Positions 1 through 7,653 of a DNA stretch of 11,779 nt are shown here, piece by piece; positions within the stretch are counted from its first letter, which is position 1, and every line of letters begins with the position of its first letter. Below the pieces are notes generated by a model. The model ran no database searches, had not been told where the DNA came from, and worked only from the letters and a program-made list of their open reading frames with translations. The position numbers and the translations under genes were made by a program. Source of the DNA: PVC group bacterium (lineage in GTDB: Bacteria; GCA-001730085; JADFSZ01); assembly GCA_022560555.1 (NCBI GenBank), contig JADFSZ010000037.1, positions 1 through 11,779 of the forward strand. The letters run 5' to 3'.

Positions 1-591
1 GTTCAAGGGCTCAATGCTTTGATATTGGATATAGGCATTGTCATTTATACCTTCTTTCGTATTACCAAGATTTTTGGACAAAGCCTTGGGGCTATAGGAA
101 TAAAAGCACATAAGAAATTTAAAGCGATTCTCTGGGGGCTTCTTTCCTATATTGGTTTTGTTCCTGTTATGTTTTCCGGCATCATTATATCTTTTTTTCT
201 TATGAGGCTCTTGGGACGCACCATACAGCCTCATCCGCTGATACCAATGATGATGGCGGAACAATCCGCTATCGTAATTCTATTTTTAGTTTTATTGGCC
301 TGCGTTATCGGTCCCATTTGTGAAGAAATCATTTTTCGCGGACTTATGTATCCGGCTGTACGACAAAAATACGGCGTCTTTGCCTCGATCATTATGATTG
401 GGATTATATTTTCTTTAATTCACGCGAATCTGTACGCTTTTATACCGATATTTTTTCTTGGATGTTTCTTGACTTTTCTATACGAACGGACCGGATCGTT
501 AACAGCATCCATTTCGGTTCATATTATCCATAATAGTTCGATGATGGCGCTCTTTGGGTTTTATAAACATATATATGGATTGACACAATGA
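1..591 (+). CDS. CPBP-family (CAAX/Abi-type) intramembrane glutamic endopeptidase, possibly 5'-partial
   Basis: The protein is a multi-pass hydrophobic protein carrying the three CPBP motifs: EEIIFRG (EExxxR), FSLIHAN (FxxxH) and HIIHNS (HxxxN). The reading frame stays open from position 1. The first in-window start is TTG at 19, so the true start may lie upstream of the window. The stop overlaps the mtnA start (ATGA at 588-591). Confidence 0.75.
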   Translation, partial: VQGLNALILDIGIVIYTFFRITKIFGQSLGAIGIKAHKKFKAILWGLLSYIGFVPVMFSGIIISFFLMRLLGRTIQPHPLIPMMMAEQSAIVILFLVLLACVIGPICEEIIFRGLMYPAVRQKYGVFASIIMIGIIFSLIHANLYAFIPIFFLGCFLTFLYERTGSLTASISVHIIHNSSMMALFGFYKHIYGLTQ

Positions 592-1640
592 GAGTGAATA
601 TTAAAACGGTTGAGGCGATTCGATGGTCAAAAAGAGGCATTAAAATTTTGGATCAAACCCAACTACCGCACCTCTGCCGTTATCGTACGTGCAGGAATGT
701 TAAGCAAGTTTATCAAGCGATAAAATCCTTGCAAGTGCGGGGGGCTCCGTTGATTGGGATCGCGGCAGCGATGGGTGTTGCGTTAGGGGCCTCGCAAAGC
801 CGTGCAAAAACCTTTGAAAAATTTTATCAAGAAATACTTAAAAACATAAAAGTTTTAGCTGCTTCCCGTCCGACGGCTGTAAACTTGTTTTGGGCTTTGG
901 ATCGCATGAAAAGGGCTGTGCTGGACCACAAACACTTGTCCTTGTCAAAACTCAAACAGCGATTGTGCCTTGAAGCAAAAATGATTTTGAATGAAGACAG
1001 GCAAATGTGCGCGAGCATGGCCGAGCATGGCGCTCGTCTTGTAAAATCCAAAGATCGAATTTTGACTCATTGCAATACGGGGGCTTTGGCTACGGGCGGA
1101 TGCGGAACGGCTCTGGGGGTTATATATAAAGCGTGTAGCCAGGGGAAAAAAATAGAGGTATTTGTTGATGAAACACGACCATTGCTGCAGGGTGGACGTC
1201 TAACCGCGTGGGAACTTATGAGGGCCAAAATCGGTGTGACGGTAATTTGCGACAATATGGTTGCGCATGTTATGAAAGTTAAAAAAATACATAAAGTTTT
1301 TGTCGGAGCCGATCGTATTGCCGCTAACGGAGATACCGCGAACAAAATCGGAACATATGGAATTGCGTTATTATGTAAAAGTCTAAAAATCCCATTTTAT
1401 GTCGTTGCTCCAAGCTCGACATTTGACTTGTCTATCTCCAGCGGAAAGAAGATCCCTATAGAAGAGCGGCCGCATGAGGAAATTTATAATGGATTCGGAA
1501 AACAAACGGCGCCTTGCCATGTTTCTTTTTATAACCCCGCCTTTGATGTCACCCCCCGGCATCTGATTACAGCGATCATTACGGAAAAAGGGATTATCAA
1601 AGGCCCCTCTCAAAAAAGAATTGCTCGCTTATTAAAATGA
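588..1640 (+). CDS. mtnA: S-methyl-5-thioribose-1-phosphate isomerase (eIF-2B alpha/beta/delta-like family, MtnA type)
   Basis: The 350-aa protein has the N-terminal 'ILDQTQLPH' motif, VRGAPLIGIAAAMG, the catalytic-Cys context THCNTGALAT, and GADRIAANGDTANKIGTY. These are the hallmark blocks of MtnA. Confidence 0.85.
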   Translation: MRVNIKTVEAIRWSKRGIKILDQTQLPHLCRYRTCRNVKQVYQAIKSLQVRGAPLIGIAAAMGVALGASQSRAKTFEKFYQEILKNIKVLAASRPTAVNLFWALDRMKRAVLDHKHLSLSKLKQRLCLEAKMILNEDRQMCASMAEHGARLVKSKDRILTHCNTGALATGGCGTALGVIYKACSQGKKIEVFVDETRPLLQGGRLTAWELMRAKIGVTVICDNMVAHVMKVKKIHKVFVGADRIAANGDTANKIGTYGIALLCKSLKIPFYVVAPSSTFDLSISSGKKIPIEERPHEEIYNGFGKQTAPCHVSFYNPAFDVTPRHLITAIITEKGIIKGPSQKRIARLLK

Positions 1641-1668
1641 ACGATTTGTTTTTTAAGAGTTTCCTTTT

Positions 1669-3774
1669 TTAAGATGAAGTGATTTGGTCTGATAAGAGTG
1701 CTTTTTGAACCATGATGTGATAAGTAGAGAGGGCTAAAAGCGGGAAATAATCCTTGTACATTGTGTAGATGAGATAAAATACACGGGGAAATCCCGTTCC
1801 TGTGGCTTGATCTTCTATCCAGCTTCCGTCTTGGGTTTGATTCTGAATAAGATATTGAATGCCGTTTGTCACTTCTGTGGTCATAAGGTGTCCCGAGGAT
1901 ATGAGGCCCATAACAGCCCAGGCTGTTTGCGAAGGTGTAGAAAGACCCATTCCTTTAAATGTTAAATCATCATAAGAAGCACATGTTTCTCCCCACCCGC
2001 CGTCTTGATTTTGACAGAGTTTTAACCAATTCGCAGCCGCTTGTATGTAATGTTTTTGCATGTTCTCCCCTATGTGCTCTAAGCCTCGGAGAACTTGCCA
2101 TGTCCCGTATACGTAATTTACACCCCACCGTCCGTACCAAGAGCCGTCTTTCTCCTGCTGGTTCTTTAAGTATGACACGGCACGCTGTATTTCAGGATAA
2201 CTCAGGTCATATCCTAGACTTCCAAGCGTTTCGAGTACGCGGGCCGTAATATCGGCGCAACTGGTGTCTAACAGAGCGTTATGGTCAGCGAAAGGAACTT
2301 GGGTAAAAATTTCTTTATTATTATCAACATCGAACGCCGCCCATCCACCGTCACGTCCTTGCATAGCCAGGAGCCAGTTGAGGCTGCGCAAAATTGCCTG
2401 TTCCCTGGCGGTTTCTCCGGTGATATCCTTAAGGGCAATACGGCGAAGGGCTAAAATCACCATGGCTGTGTCATCGATATCAGGATAAAACTGATTTTCA
2501 AATTCAAAAGCCCAACCGGCCGTGGGAATGTGGGGTCGTTTAATCTGCCAGTCACCACGAATTTTGACTTCCTTAGAGACAAGCCAGTTGCAGGCATTCA
2601 CGAGAGAAGGGTGATCTCTTTTGAGACCGGATTCAGCTAAAGCAATCGAACAAATGGCCGTATCCCACACAGGAGAAAAACAAGGCTGCATACGCATGGA
2701 ATCTCCCAGATCAACCTCAAGCTTTTCAAGTTCATGAAGCTCCTTTTGAATGGCCGGATGGTGATTGCTGTAACCTAGAGCTTTAAAAGAAAGAATCGCA
2801 TTGACCATAGCAGGAAAAATGGCGACAAGACCATCGGAATGTTCCTGATGCTGAAGAATCCACTTTTCCGCACGTTTTAGAGCAAAATTATCGTTAAATT
2901 TGGATGTGACCTTTTCAAGAAATTTAAATAGAGTGTTTGCCGCAAGGAAAAAATGCCGCCACGTTGCCATACTTTTGTTAACGTTAACAGCTCTCTCGTC
3001 ATAAAAATGTTCTTCCGTATCAATTTTAAGCTCTTGGATATCCTGGGTCTCGGATATTTGAAAAAAAGGTTTTTTAGCGTAAATAATGATTAAGGGGATA
3101 AGGATTCCCCGCGACCATGACGATATCTCGTAAATATTAAAATAAAACCAAGTCGGTAACAGCATAATGAAGGACGGAATAGCGGGAATCTTTTTCCAAG
3201 GGAATTGGCCTATAAGAGCAAGATAGATTTTTGTGAAAGTATTGGCCGCGTCCAATCCGCCGCGTTTAAGAATCCATTTACGGGCTTTTTTCATGTGAGG
3301 GGAATTCGGGGGATGTCCGCAAATTTTTAGCGTGGTATAAGCTTTAATGGTGGCATTGATTTCAGCGGGACCGTTAGGATAAACATTCCATCCTCCGTCA
3401 TCGAGCTGGTTGTTCAAAACATGCTTAAGGAGTTTCCTCTCTTTGTCGGGTTCTTTAATCCCTAAAAGGCGGAAAAGAAAAACATAATCCGAGGGAATGG
3501 TGGTGTTTACAATGAGCTCTCCGCACCAATAGCCATCTTTATTCTGGAGGGACAATAAATAATTTTGAGACTTTTGAATGGCTTTTGTGACTGCAAGGTC
3601 CTTGTGGATGGTTTCATCAAGAGCTTCCTCCAGGGTAGAAAGATCAAGGAGCTCTTTCCAGTTGTTCGGCTTAATAAATAAGCTCGAATTTGGATCTTTG
3701 GATTTTAAAAGGACCGGATTTTGGAGGGCCTCATTGATATTCTGAAAGAAGTCTTGTATGATCTTTTTAACCAT
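1669..3774 (-). CDS. shc: squalene-hopene cyclase (class II triterpene cyclase)
   Basis: The 701-aa protein contains the catalytic DxDDTA motif (YPDIDDTAMVILAL). It also has multiple QW-type repeats: QNKDGYWCGE, QLDDGGWNVY, QGRDGGWAAF, QEKDGSWYGRWG, QNQDGGWGE and QTQDGSWIE. An AGAGGA RBS lies about 6 nt upstream of the ATG on the minus strand. Confidence 0.9.
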   Translation of the reverse strand: MVKKIIQDFFQNINEALQNPVLLKSKDPNSSLFIKPNNWKELLDLSTLEEALDETIHKDLAVTKAIQKSQNYLLSLQNKDGYWCGELIVNTTIPSDYVFLFRLLGIKEPDKERKLLKHVLNNQLDDGGWNVYPNGPAEINATIKAYTTLKICGHPPNSPHMKKARKWILKRGGLDAANTFTKIYLALIGQFPWKKIPAIPSFIMLLPTWFYFNIYEISSWSRGILIPLIIIYAKKPFFQISETQDIQELKIDTEEHFYDERAVNVNKSMATWRHFFLAANTLFKFLEKVTSKFNDNFALKRAEKWILQHQEHSDGLVAIFPAMVNAILSFKALGYSNHHPAIQKELHELEKLEVDLGDSMRMQPCFSPVWDTAICSIALAESGLKRDHPSLVNACNWLVSKEVKIRGDWQIKRPHIPTAGWAFEFENQFYPDIDDTAMVILALRRIALKDITGETAREQAILRSLNWLLAMQGRDGGWAAFDVDNNKEIFTQVPFADHNALLDTSCADITARVLETLGSLGYDLSYPEIQRAVSYLKNQQEKDGSWYGRWGVNYVYGTWQVLRGLEHIGENMQKHYIQAAANWLKLCQNQDGGWGETCASYDDLTFKGMGLSTPSQTAWAVMGLISSGHLMTTEVTNGIQYLIQNQTQDGSWIEDQATGTGFPRVFYLIYTMYKDYFPLLALSTYHIMVQKALLSDQITSS

Positions 3775-3847
3775 AGATGTCCTCTTATGAGTACGGTTCG
3801 TGTTACCCTGCTCAAATGCTAGCAGTCTTGATGTTTCAATGGGTGTT

Positions 3848-3875
3848 ATTTTATTCGTATGGAGATTATTGTCAA
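3848..3875 (-). promoter_or_regulatory. putative sigma70-type promoter for shc
   Basis: Read on the minus strand: TTGACA (3875-3870), a 16-nt spacer, then TAAAAT (3853-3848). It lies about 75 nt upstream of the shc ATG. This is a pattern match only. Confidence 0.35.
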
Positions 3876-3905
3876 GGATTTAGGAAAAAAACACGAAAGA
3901 TATTG

Positions 3906-3934
3906 TTGACCTTTTTTTTGAGATATGCTATAAA
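3906..3934 (+). promoter_or_regulatory. putative sigma70-type promoter for hisG
   Basis: TTGACC (3906-3911), a 17-nt spacer, then TATAAA (3929-3934). It lies about 60 nt upstream of the hisG GTG and is divergent from the shc promoter. Confidence 0.45.
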
Positions 3935-3992
3935 TCTTGCTCCAAGTTTTTAAGATTATAGGATTTATAGCTAATTTTAGGAGGATGAGATA

Positions 3993-4871
3993 GTGAAGAA
4001 AAGTGTGTTAAGGCTCGGCATCCCTAAGGGCAGCTTAGAGGAGTCAACAAAAAATTTGTTCAAAAAGGCGGGATTTTCCATCGGGAATTCCTCACGTTCC
4101 TATTTTCCGTCCATTGATGATGAGGATATAGAGGTTCTATTGATTCGCGCGCAGGAAATGGCACGATATGTCGAAGAGGGTGTCTTGGACGCGGGTTTAA
4201 CCGGTCAGGATTGGATCCAAGAAAATGCGGCGAGCGTTGTTGAGGTGAGTGAGCTTGTTTACGGAAAACAGCGGCGGTGTCCCGTGAGATGGGTTTTGGC
4301 GGTTCCTGAGAATTCGTCCATTTATTCCGTGAAAGATCTTCAGGGCAAGAGAATCGCGACTGAGTTGGTTAACGCGACAAAACGCTACTTGAAAAAAAAT
4401 CACGTGAAGGCTGAAGTCGAATTTTCGTGGGGGGCCACGGAGGTCAAAGCTCCTGCGTTGGTGGATGCAATCGTAGAACTAACCGAGACAGGCTCTTCGT
4501 TGCGGGCCAATAATTTGAGGATTGTTGACACGATTGTTGAATCAACGACAAAATTTATCGCGAATCGTTCTAGCTGGAAGAACCCCTGGAAGAAAAAGAA
4601 AATTAAAAATATCGCGTTGCTTTTGAACGGAGCTCTCAAAGCGGAGGAGAAGGTTGGTTTGAAAATGAATGTGAGAAAAAAGGATGTCCCAAAATTACTC
4701 AAACTTATCCCGGCTCTTAAAAAGCCGACGGTATCTGAACTCACTGAAAAGAATTGGTGCGCGATTGAAATCGTCATTGATGAAAATATTGTTAGAGAAA
4801 TCATTCCTCAGCTGAAAGATTTCGGGGCTCAAGGGATTGTCGAGTACCCTCTCAATAAAGTTATTTGTTAA
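3993..4871 (+). CDS. hisG: ATP phosphoribosyltransferase, long form with C-terminal regulatory domain
   Basis: The 292-aa protein has the N-terminal [12 protein letters not shown] motif and the [14 protein letters not shown] (PRPP-binding loop) motif. A C-terminal HisG_C-like domain is present ([21 protein letters not shown]...[14 protein letters not shown]). The GTG start lies 8 nt after an AGGAGG (3979-3984). Confidence 0.9.
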   Translation: MKKSVLRLGIPKGSLEESTKNLFKKAGFSIGNSSRSYFPSIDDEDIEVLLIRAQEMARYVEEGVLDAGLTGQDWIQENAASVVEVSELVYGKQRRCPVRWVLAVPENSSIYSVKDLQGKRIATELVNATKRYLKKNHVKAEVEFSWGATEVKAPALVDAIVELTETGSSLRANNLRIVDTIVESTTKFIANRSSWKNPWKKKKIKNIALLLNGALKAEEKVGLKMNVRKKDVPKLLKLIPALKKPTVSELTEKNWCAIEIVIDENIVREIIPQLKDFGAQGIVEYPLNKVIC

Positions 4872-4899
4872 GATCGTTTGAATTAAAGGAGCCTAGGTT

Positions 4900-4995
4900 A
4901 TGCCTTGTGGAAAGAAGCGAAAAAAAAAGAAAATGAATCGACATAAGTTAAAGAAACGTCGCAGAAAAAATCGTCACAAAAAGAAAAACCGATAA
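4900..4995 (+). CDS. 31-aa ultra-basic small protein, resembling ribosomal protein bS22 (AURKAIP1/COX24 domain)
   Basis: This ORF is too short for the supplied ORF track. It runs from ATG at 4900 to TAA at 4993-4995 and encodes MPCGKKRKKKKMNRHKLKKRRRKNRHKKKNR (20 of 31 residues are K or R). An AAGGAG at 4887-4892 lies 7 nt upstream of the ATG. The ORF sits tightly between hisG (28-nt gap) and the TPR gene (9-nt gap). The KKR+K+M-x-+HK-x-KKRR+ pattern matches what I recall of mycobacterial bS22 and mitochondrial mS38. Confidence 0.55.
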   Translation: MPCGKKRKKKKMNRHKLKKRRRKNRHKKKNR

Positions 4996-5004
4996 GCGTG
5001 ATTC

Positions 5005-6585
5005 ATGAGTTCTCACAAGATGGTTCTTTGCTCACGATCTAATAGTTTGTGGATCATCGCAGGTTTTTTGTTCATCCTGTCTATTAGCTTCTTGTATCAT
5101 GGCAATGTTCAAAGCCCTCTTTTTGCCGCTGTCAGCCGTGTTATTGAAGAAATTCCTATAGATAAGCTTGTAAATTCGAACGATGCCGGCGCTCTCGCCC
5201 ATTTTATGGTCGGGCTTATTCATGAAAAAAAAATGAATCTAGATGATGCCGTTTCTGAGTATGAAGAGGTTGTTCGGCTTGATCCTGATAATGCGCGTCC
5301 TTATATATACCTGGGAAACATTTACCTGAAAAAACGGGATTATGATAAGGCGCTGTCCTCCTTTCAGGAAGCCCTTCAAAAAGATCCCGGTGATGTGAAG
5401 ATCTATACATATTTAGGGCTCCTGTACATGTATCAGGGAGAAATTGAAAAAGCCGAAAAATCTTATCGAAAAATGGTTGAACTTGATTCTGCGAATTTAG
5501 ATTCGCACATACTACTCGCCGATGTTTTGGTTAAGCAAAAGAAATATGATCAAGCCATTGATTCCTACAAGAGCATTTTGGCGATGCGTCCCGAAAGTCC
5601 GGCAATTCACTTTAATTTAGGCGTTGTCTATAGTAAAGCCAAGCGAACAGATGAGGCCATCGGGAGTTTGAAAAGAGCTATTGAACTTGAGCCAAAATAT
5701 ATGGAAGCTCATGTAACTTTAGCGGTGATTTATGAAATTATCGGGAAAAATAAATTAGCTGTCAAAAAATATAAAGACGCACTATCCATTAATCCGCTTA
5801 ACACAAATCTGTATAAACGTTTGGGGCAGACATATTTTGATATTGAGAAGTACGAAGACGCTATTGCTCAATATAAAAGAGTTTTGGCCCTCAATCCCGG
5901 TGATATGGATGCATACGCTTATTTGGCTTACGTTTACCTGAGAGCGGATAGGCCCGAAGACGTTATCATCATCCTTGAAAAAGCATTAGGTGTAGATCCA
6001 TATCATTTGCAAACAATTATTCTTTTATCATCCGCTTACATGGATGATCGCATAAGTAAGTATAAAAAGGCCATAGATCTCCTTAAAGAGGGTCTTCGAA
6101 GTGAGTCTTACAAAGATAATGAGTTCATTCATTTTAACCTTGGGGTTGTTTATGAAAAGATAGGACAATTTGATGATTCTATTGAGGCGTTTCGTGCGGT
6201 AATACGCGCTAATCCGGATAGTGCCGATGCGTACAATTACATCGGCTACATGTATGCTGAAGGGGGGGTTCATCTTGATGAAGCGTTGGAGCTTGTGACC
6301 AAGGCCCTTGAATTATCTCCCGGGAACGGGGCTTATCTTGATAGTCTTGGGTGGGTCTACTACAAGAAAAGTGAATTTGAAAAAGCAAAGAAGGAGTTGA
6401 TTAAAGCCCTTGAATCTATGCCGGATGATCCGATCATTAGTGAGCATATGGGGGATATATTTTTTGAATTAGGGCAAATCGATAAGGCCCGTGAATTTTG
6501 GGAGATTGCGTTCGAAAAAGATCCTGCCAATGAGGAAGTTCGTGCTAAAATCGAGCAATCCATAAACGAGTTCGACCCTTTATAG
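5005..6585 (+). CDS. tetratricopeptide-repeat (TPR) protein with an N-terminal membrane anchor or signal sequence
   Basis: The 526-aa protein has an N-terminal hydrophobic segment (LWIIAGFLFILSISFLY). This is followed by a dozen or so 34-aa TPR units with recurring A..Y/F..AL..P/DP patterns. An alternative start exists at ATG 5020. Confidence 0.85.
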   Translation: MSSHKMVLCSRSNSLWIIAGFLFILSISFLYHGNVQSPLFAAVSRVIEEIPIDKLVNSNDAGALAHFMVGLIHEKKMNLDDAVSEYEEVVRLDPDNARPYIYLGNIYLKKRDYDKALSSFQEALQKDPGDVKIYTYLGLLYMYQGEIEKAEKSYRKMVELDSANLDSHILLADVLVKQKKYDQAIDSYKSILAMRPESPAIHFNLGVVYSKAKRTDEAIGSLKRAIELEPKYMEAHVTLAVIYEIIGKNKLAVKKYKDALSINPLNTNLYKRLGQTYFDIEKYEDAIAQYKRVLALNPGDMDAYAYLAYVYLRADRPEDVIIILEKALGVDPYHLQTIILLSSAYMDDRISKYKKAIDLLKEGLRSESYKDNEFIHFNLGVVYEKIGQFDDSIEAFRAVIRANPDSADAYNYIGYMYAEGGVHLDEALELVTKALELSPGNGAYLDSLGWVYYKKSEFEKAKKELIKALESMPDDPIISEHMGDIFFELGQIDKAREFWEIAFEKDPANEEVRAKIEQSINEFDPL

Positions 6586-6636
6586 CTGCAGGCTCTTTTC
6601 TTCTTTTTGAGGCTCCATTGGGCGTCCAAAATCCTC

Positions 6637-6666
6637 TTGACACCCTGAGAGGCCGTATGCTAACGT
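6637..6666 (+). promoter_or_regulatory. putative promoter for the spoVG-like gene
   Basis: TTGACA (6637-6642), an 18-nt spacer ending in TGc, then TAACGT (6661-6666). The -10 element is weak. An AAGGAG RBS precedes the ATG at 6719. Confidence 0.3.
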
Positions 6667-6718
6667 AAATTCGGCATCGTAGACTTTTTGAAACATTTTT
6701 AGAAAGGAGTCTTGCGTC

Positions 6719-7222
6719 ATGAAGATTACGGAGACAAAAGTGTTTTTAAGAAGCGATGGCGATAAAAAGCTGAAAGCCTATGCAACCATAACGTTTGATG
6801 ACAGTTTTGTTGTTCGTGATTTAAAAGTTATTGAAGGCAGTAAAGGAATGTTTATCGCGATGCCAAGTCGAAAGATGAAAGATCCCTGTCCGAAATGTCG
6901 GCACAGAAATGTTGTAGGCGCCAAACATTGCAATCAATGCGGAGGAATTTTACCGGCAAAAAACTTTTCTAATCCTAAAGATGAAAAATTTCAAGAGCAC
7001 AGAGATATCGCGCATCCCATAACAGCGAATGCAAGAGAATATATTCAGGCTGAAGTTTTAAAAGCATACGAATCTGAATTAGCTAGGTCCAATCATGCTT
7101 CTGTGTCCAGGGCTCATGAACCAGAGCCAAAAAGGCCGAGCCCAACCCGGGTCGGTCAATCAACGTACATTATGCAGCCGTCGGATCCTTTAGAAGCTAA
7201 ACTTGAGGCTACGGATCTTTAG
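6719..7222 (+). CDS. spoVG: SpoVG-family nucleic-acid-binding protein with an inserted zinc ribbon and a C-terminal extension
   Basis: The N-terminal ~52 aa (MKITETKVFLRSDGDKKLKAYATITFDDSFVVRDLKVIEGSKGMFIAMPSRK) and RDIAHPITANAREYIQAEVLKAY align with canonical SpoVG (...ITLD..FVVHDIRVI.G..GLFVAMPS+R....FRDIAHPI...). A CPKC-x10-CNQC segment lies between the two blocks. The protein is 167 aa, against roughly 95-100 aa for typical SpoVG. Confidence 0.8.
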   Translation: MKITETKVFLRSDGDKKLKAYATITFDDSFVVRDLKVIEGSKGMFIAMPSRKMKDPCPKCRHRNVVGAKHCNQCGGILPAKNFSNPKDEKFQEHRDIAHPITANAREYIQAEVLKAYESELARSNHASVSRAHEPEPKRPSPTRVGQSTYIMQPSDPLEAKLEATDL

Positions 7223-7361
7223 CCGATAACCGATTACAGATAATCGATAATAGAGAAGTGAAAATTGAGATGCGGTTATCGCTAGACATATAGAAGATGG
7301 ATTGTGACTATAGTGAGCAGATAGGCCTTGTCATTGGATGTGAGGTGTTATCTGTATTTTT

Positions 7362-7390
7362 TTGATTTACGTATTCCCATTCACGAATAT
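7362..7390 (+). promoter_or_regulatory. putative promoter for tRNA-Gln
   Basis: TTGATT (7362-7367), a 17-nt spacer, then GAATAT (7385-7390). It lies about 30 nt upstream of the tRNA 5' end. This is a pattern match only. Confidence 0.3.
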
Positions 7391-7418
7391 CGGATAACGA
7401 TTATCGATTTACGATAGA

Positions 7419-7490
7419 TACCCGGTGGTGTAATTGGTAACACTACAGGTTTTGGTCCTGTTATTCCTGGTTCAAGTCCAGGCCGGGTAG
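7419..7490 (+). tRNA. tRNA-Gln (anticodon UUG)
   Basis: I folded the cloverleaf by hand. The acceptor stem is TACCCGG/CCGGGTA (7 bp, with a U1:A72 pair). The D stem is GTGT/ACAC. The anticodon stem is ACAGG/CCTGT with loop TT-TTG-GT. The variable region is 4 nt. The T arm is CCTGG-TTCAAGT-CCAGG. The discriminator is G73 and no CCA is encoded. U1:A72 and G73 are classical Gln identity elements. Confidence 0.9.
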
Positions 7491-7502
7491 TTTATTGATC
7501 CG

Positions 7503-7531
7503 AAACGCCGAAGATGTTCGGCGTTTTTTTT
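7503..7531 (+). terminator. Rho-independent terminator after tRNA-Gln
   Basis: A perfect 10-bp stem, AAACGCCGAA (7503-7512) pairing with TTCGGCGTTT (7517-7526), closes a GATG loop. It runs into a T tract that extends to 7531. Confidence 0.8.
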
Positions 7532-7624
7532 GCATATATTTTGAGAAAGCTTTGGAGGAGGCACCACATCTTATATATGCAATATATTGATAAAATTTGC
7601 CTTATATATTATGCAGGAAAAAGG

Positions 7625-7653
7625 TTGACAAAGACCTCTATATAGTATAAATT
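7625..7653 (+). promoter_or_regulatory. putative promoter for dnaG(-rpoD)
   Basis: TTGACA (7625-7630), a 17-nt spacer, then TAAATT (7648-7653). Alternatively, TATAAA at 7646-7651 could serve with a 15-nt spacer. This is a pattern match only. Confidence 0.35.

Noticed and set aside
827-4804. Several antisense ORFs lie inside mtnA, shc and hisG: 827..1051 (-), 1067..1345 (-), 1383..1613 (-), 1959..2249 (+), 2264..2488 (+), 4197..4403 (-) and 4400..4804 (-).
   Set aside because: All of them are fully embedded opposite strongly supported genes. They have no recognisable motifs or RBSs, so they are typical shadow ORFs.
7223-7418. The TTATC-rich spacer could be a replication origin (a DnaA-box cluster).
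   Set aside because: No box matches TTATCCACA at better than about 6 of 9 positions. There is no adjacent AT-rich 13-mer unwinding element, and dnaA and dnaN are not nearby. I kept it only as a generic operator-like motif cluster.
7577-7645. A 22-aa ORF (MQYIDKICLIYYAGKRLTKTSI) lies downstream of a GGAGGAGG tract.
   Set aside because: The SD-like tract lies about 16 nt from the ATG, which is too far. The ORF overlaps the putative dnaG promoter, and the peptide has no recognisable features.
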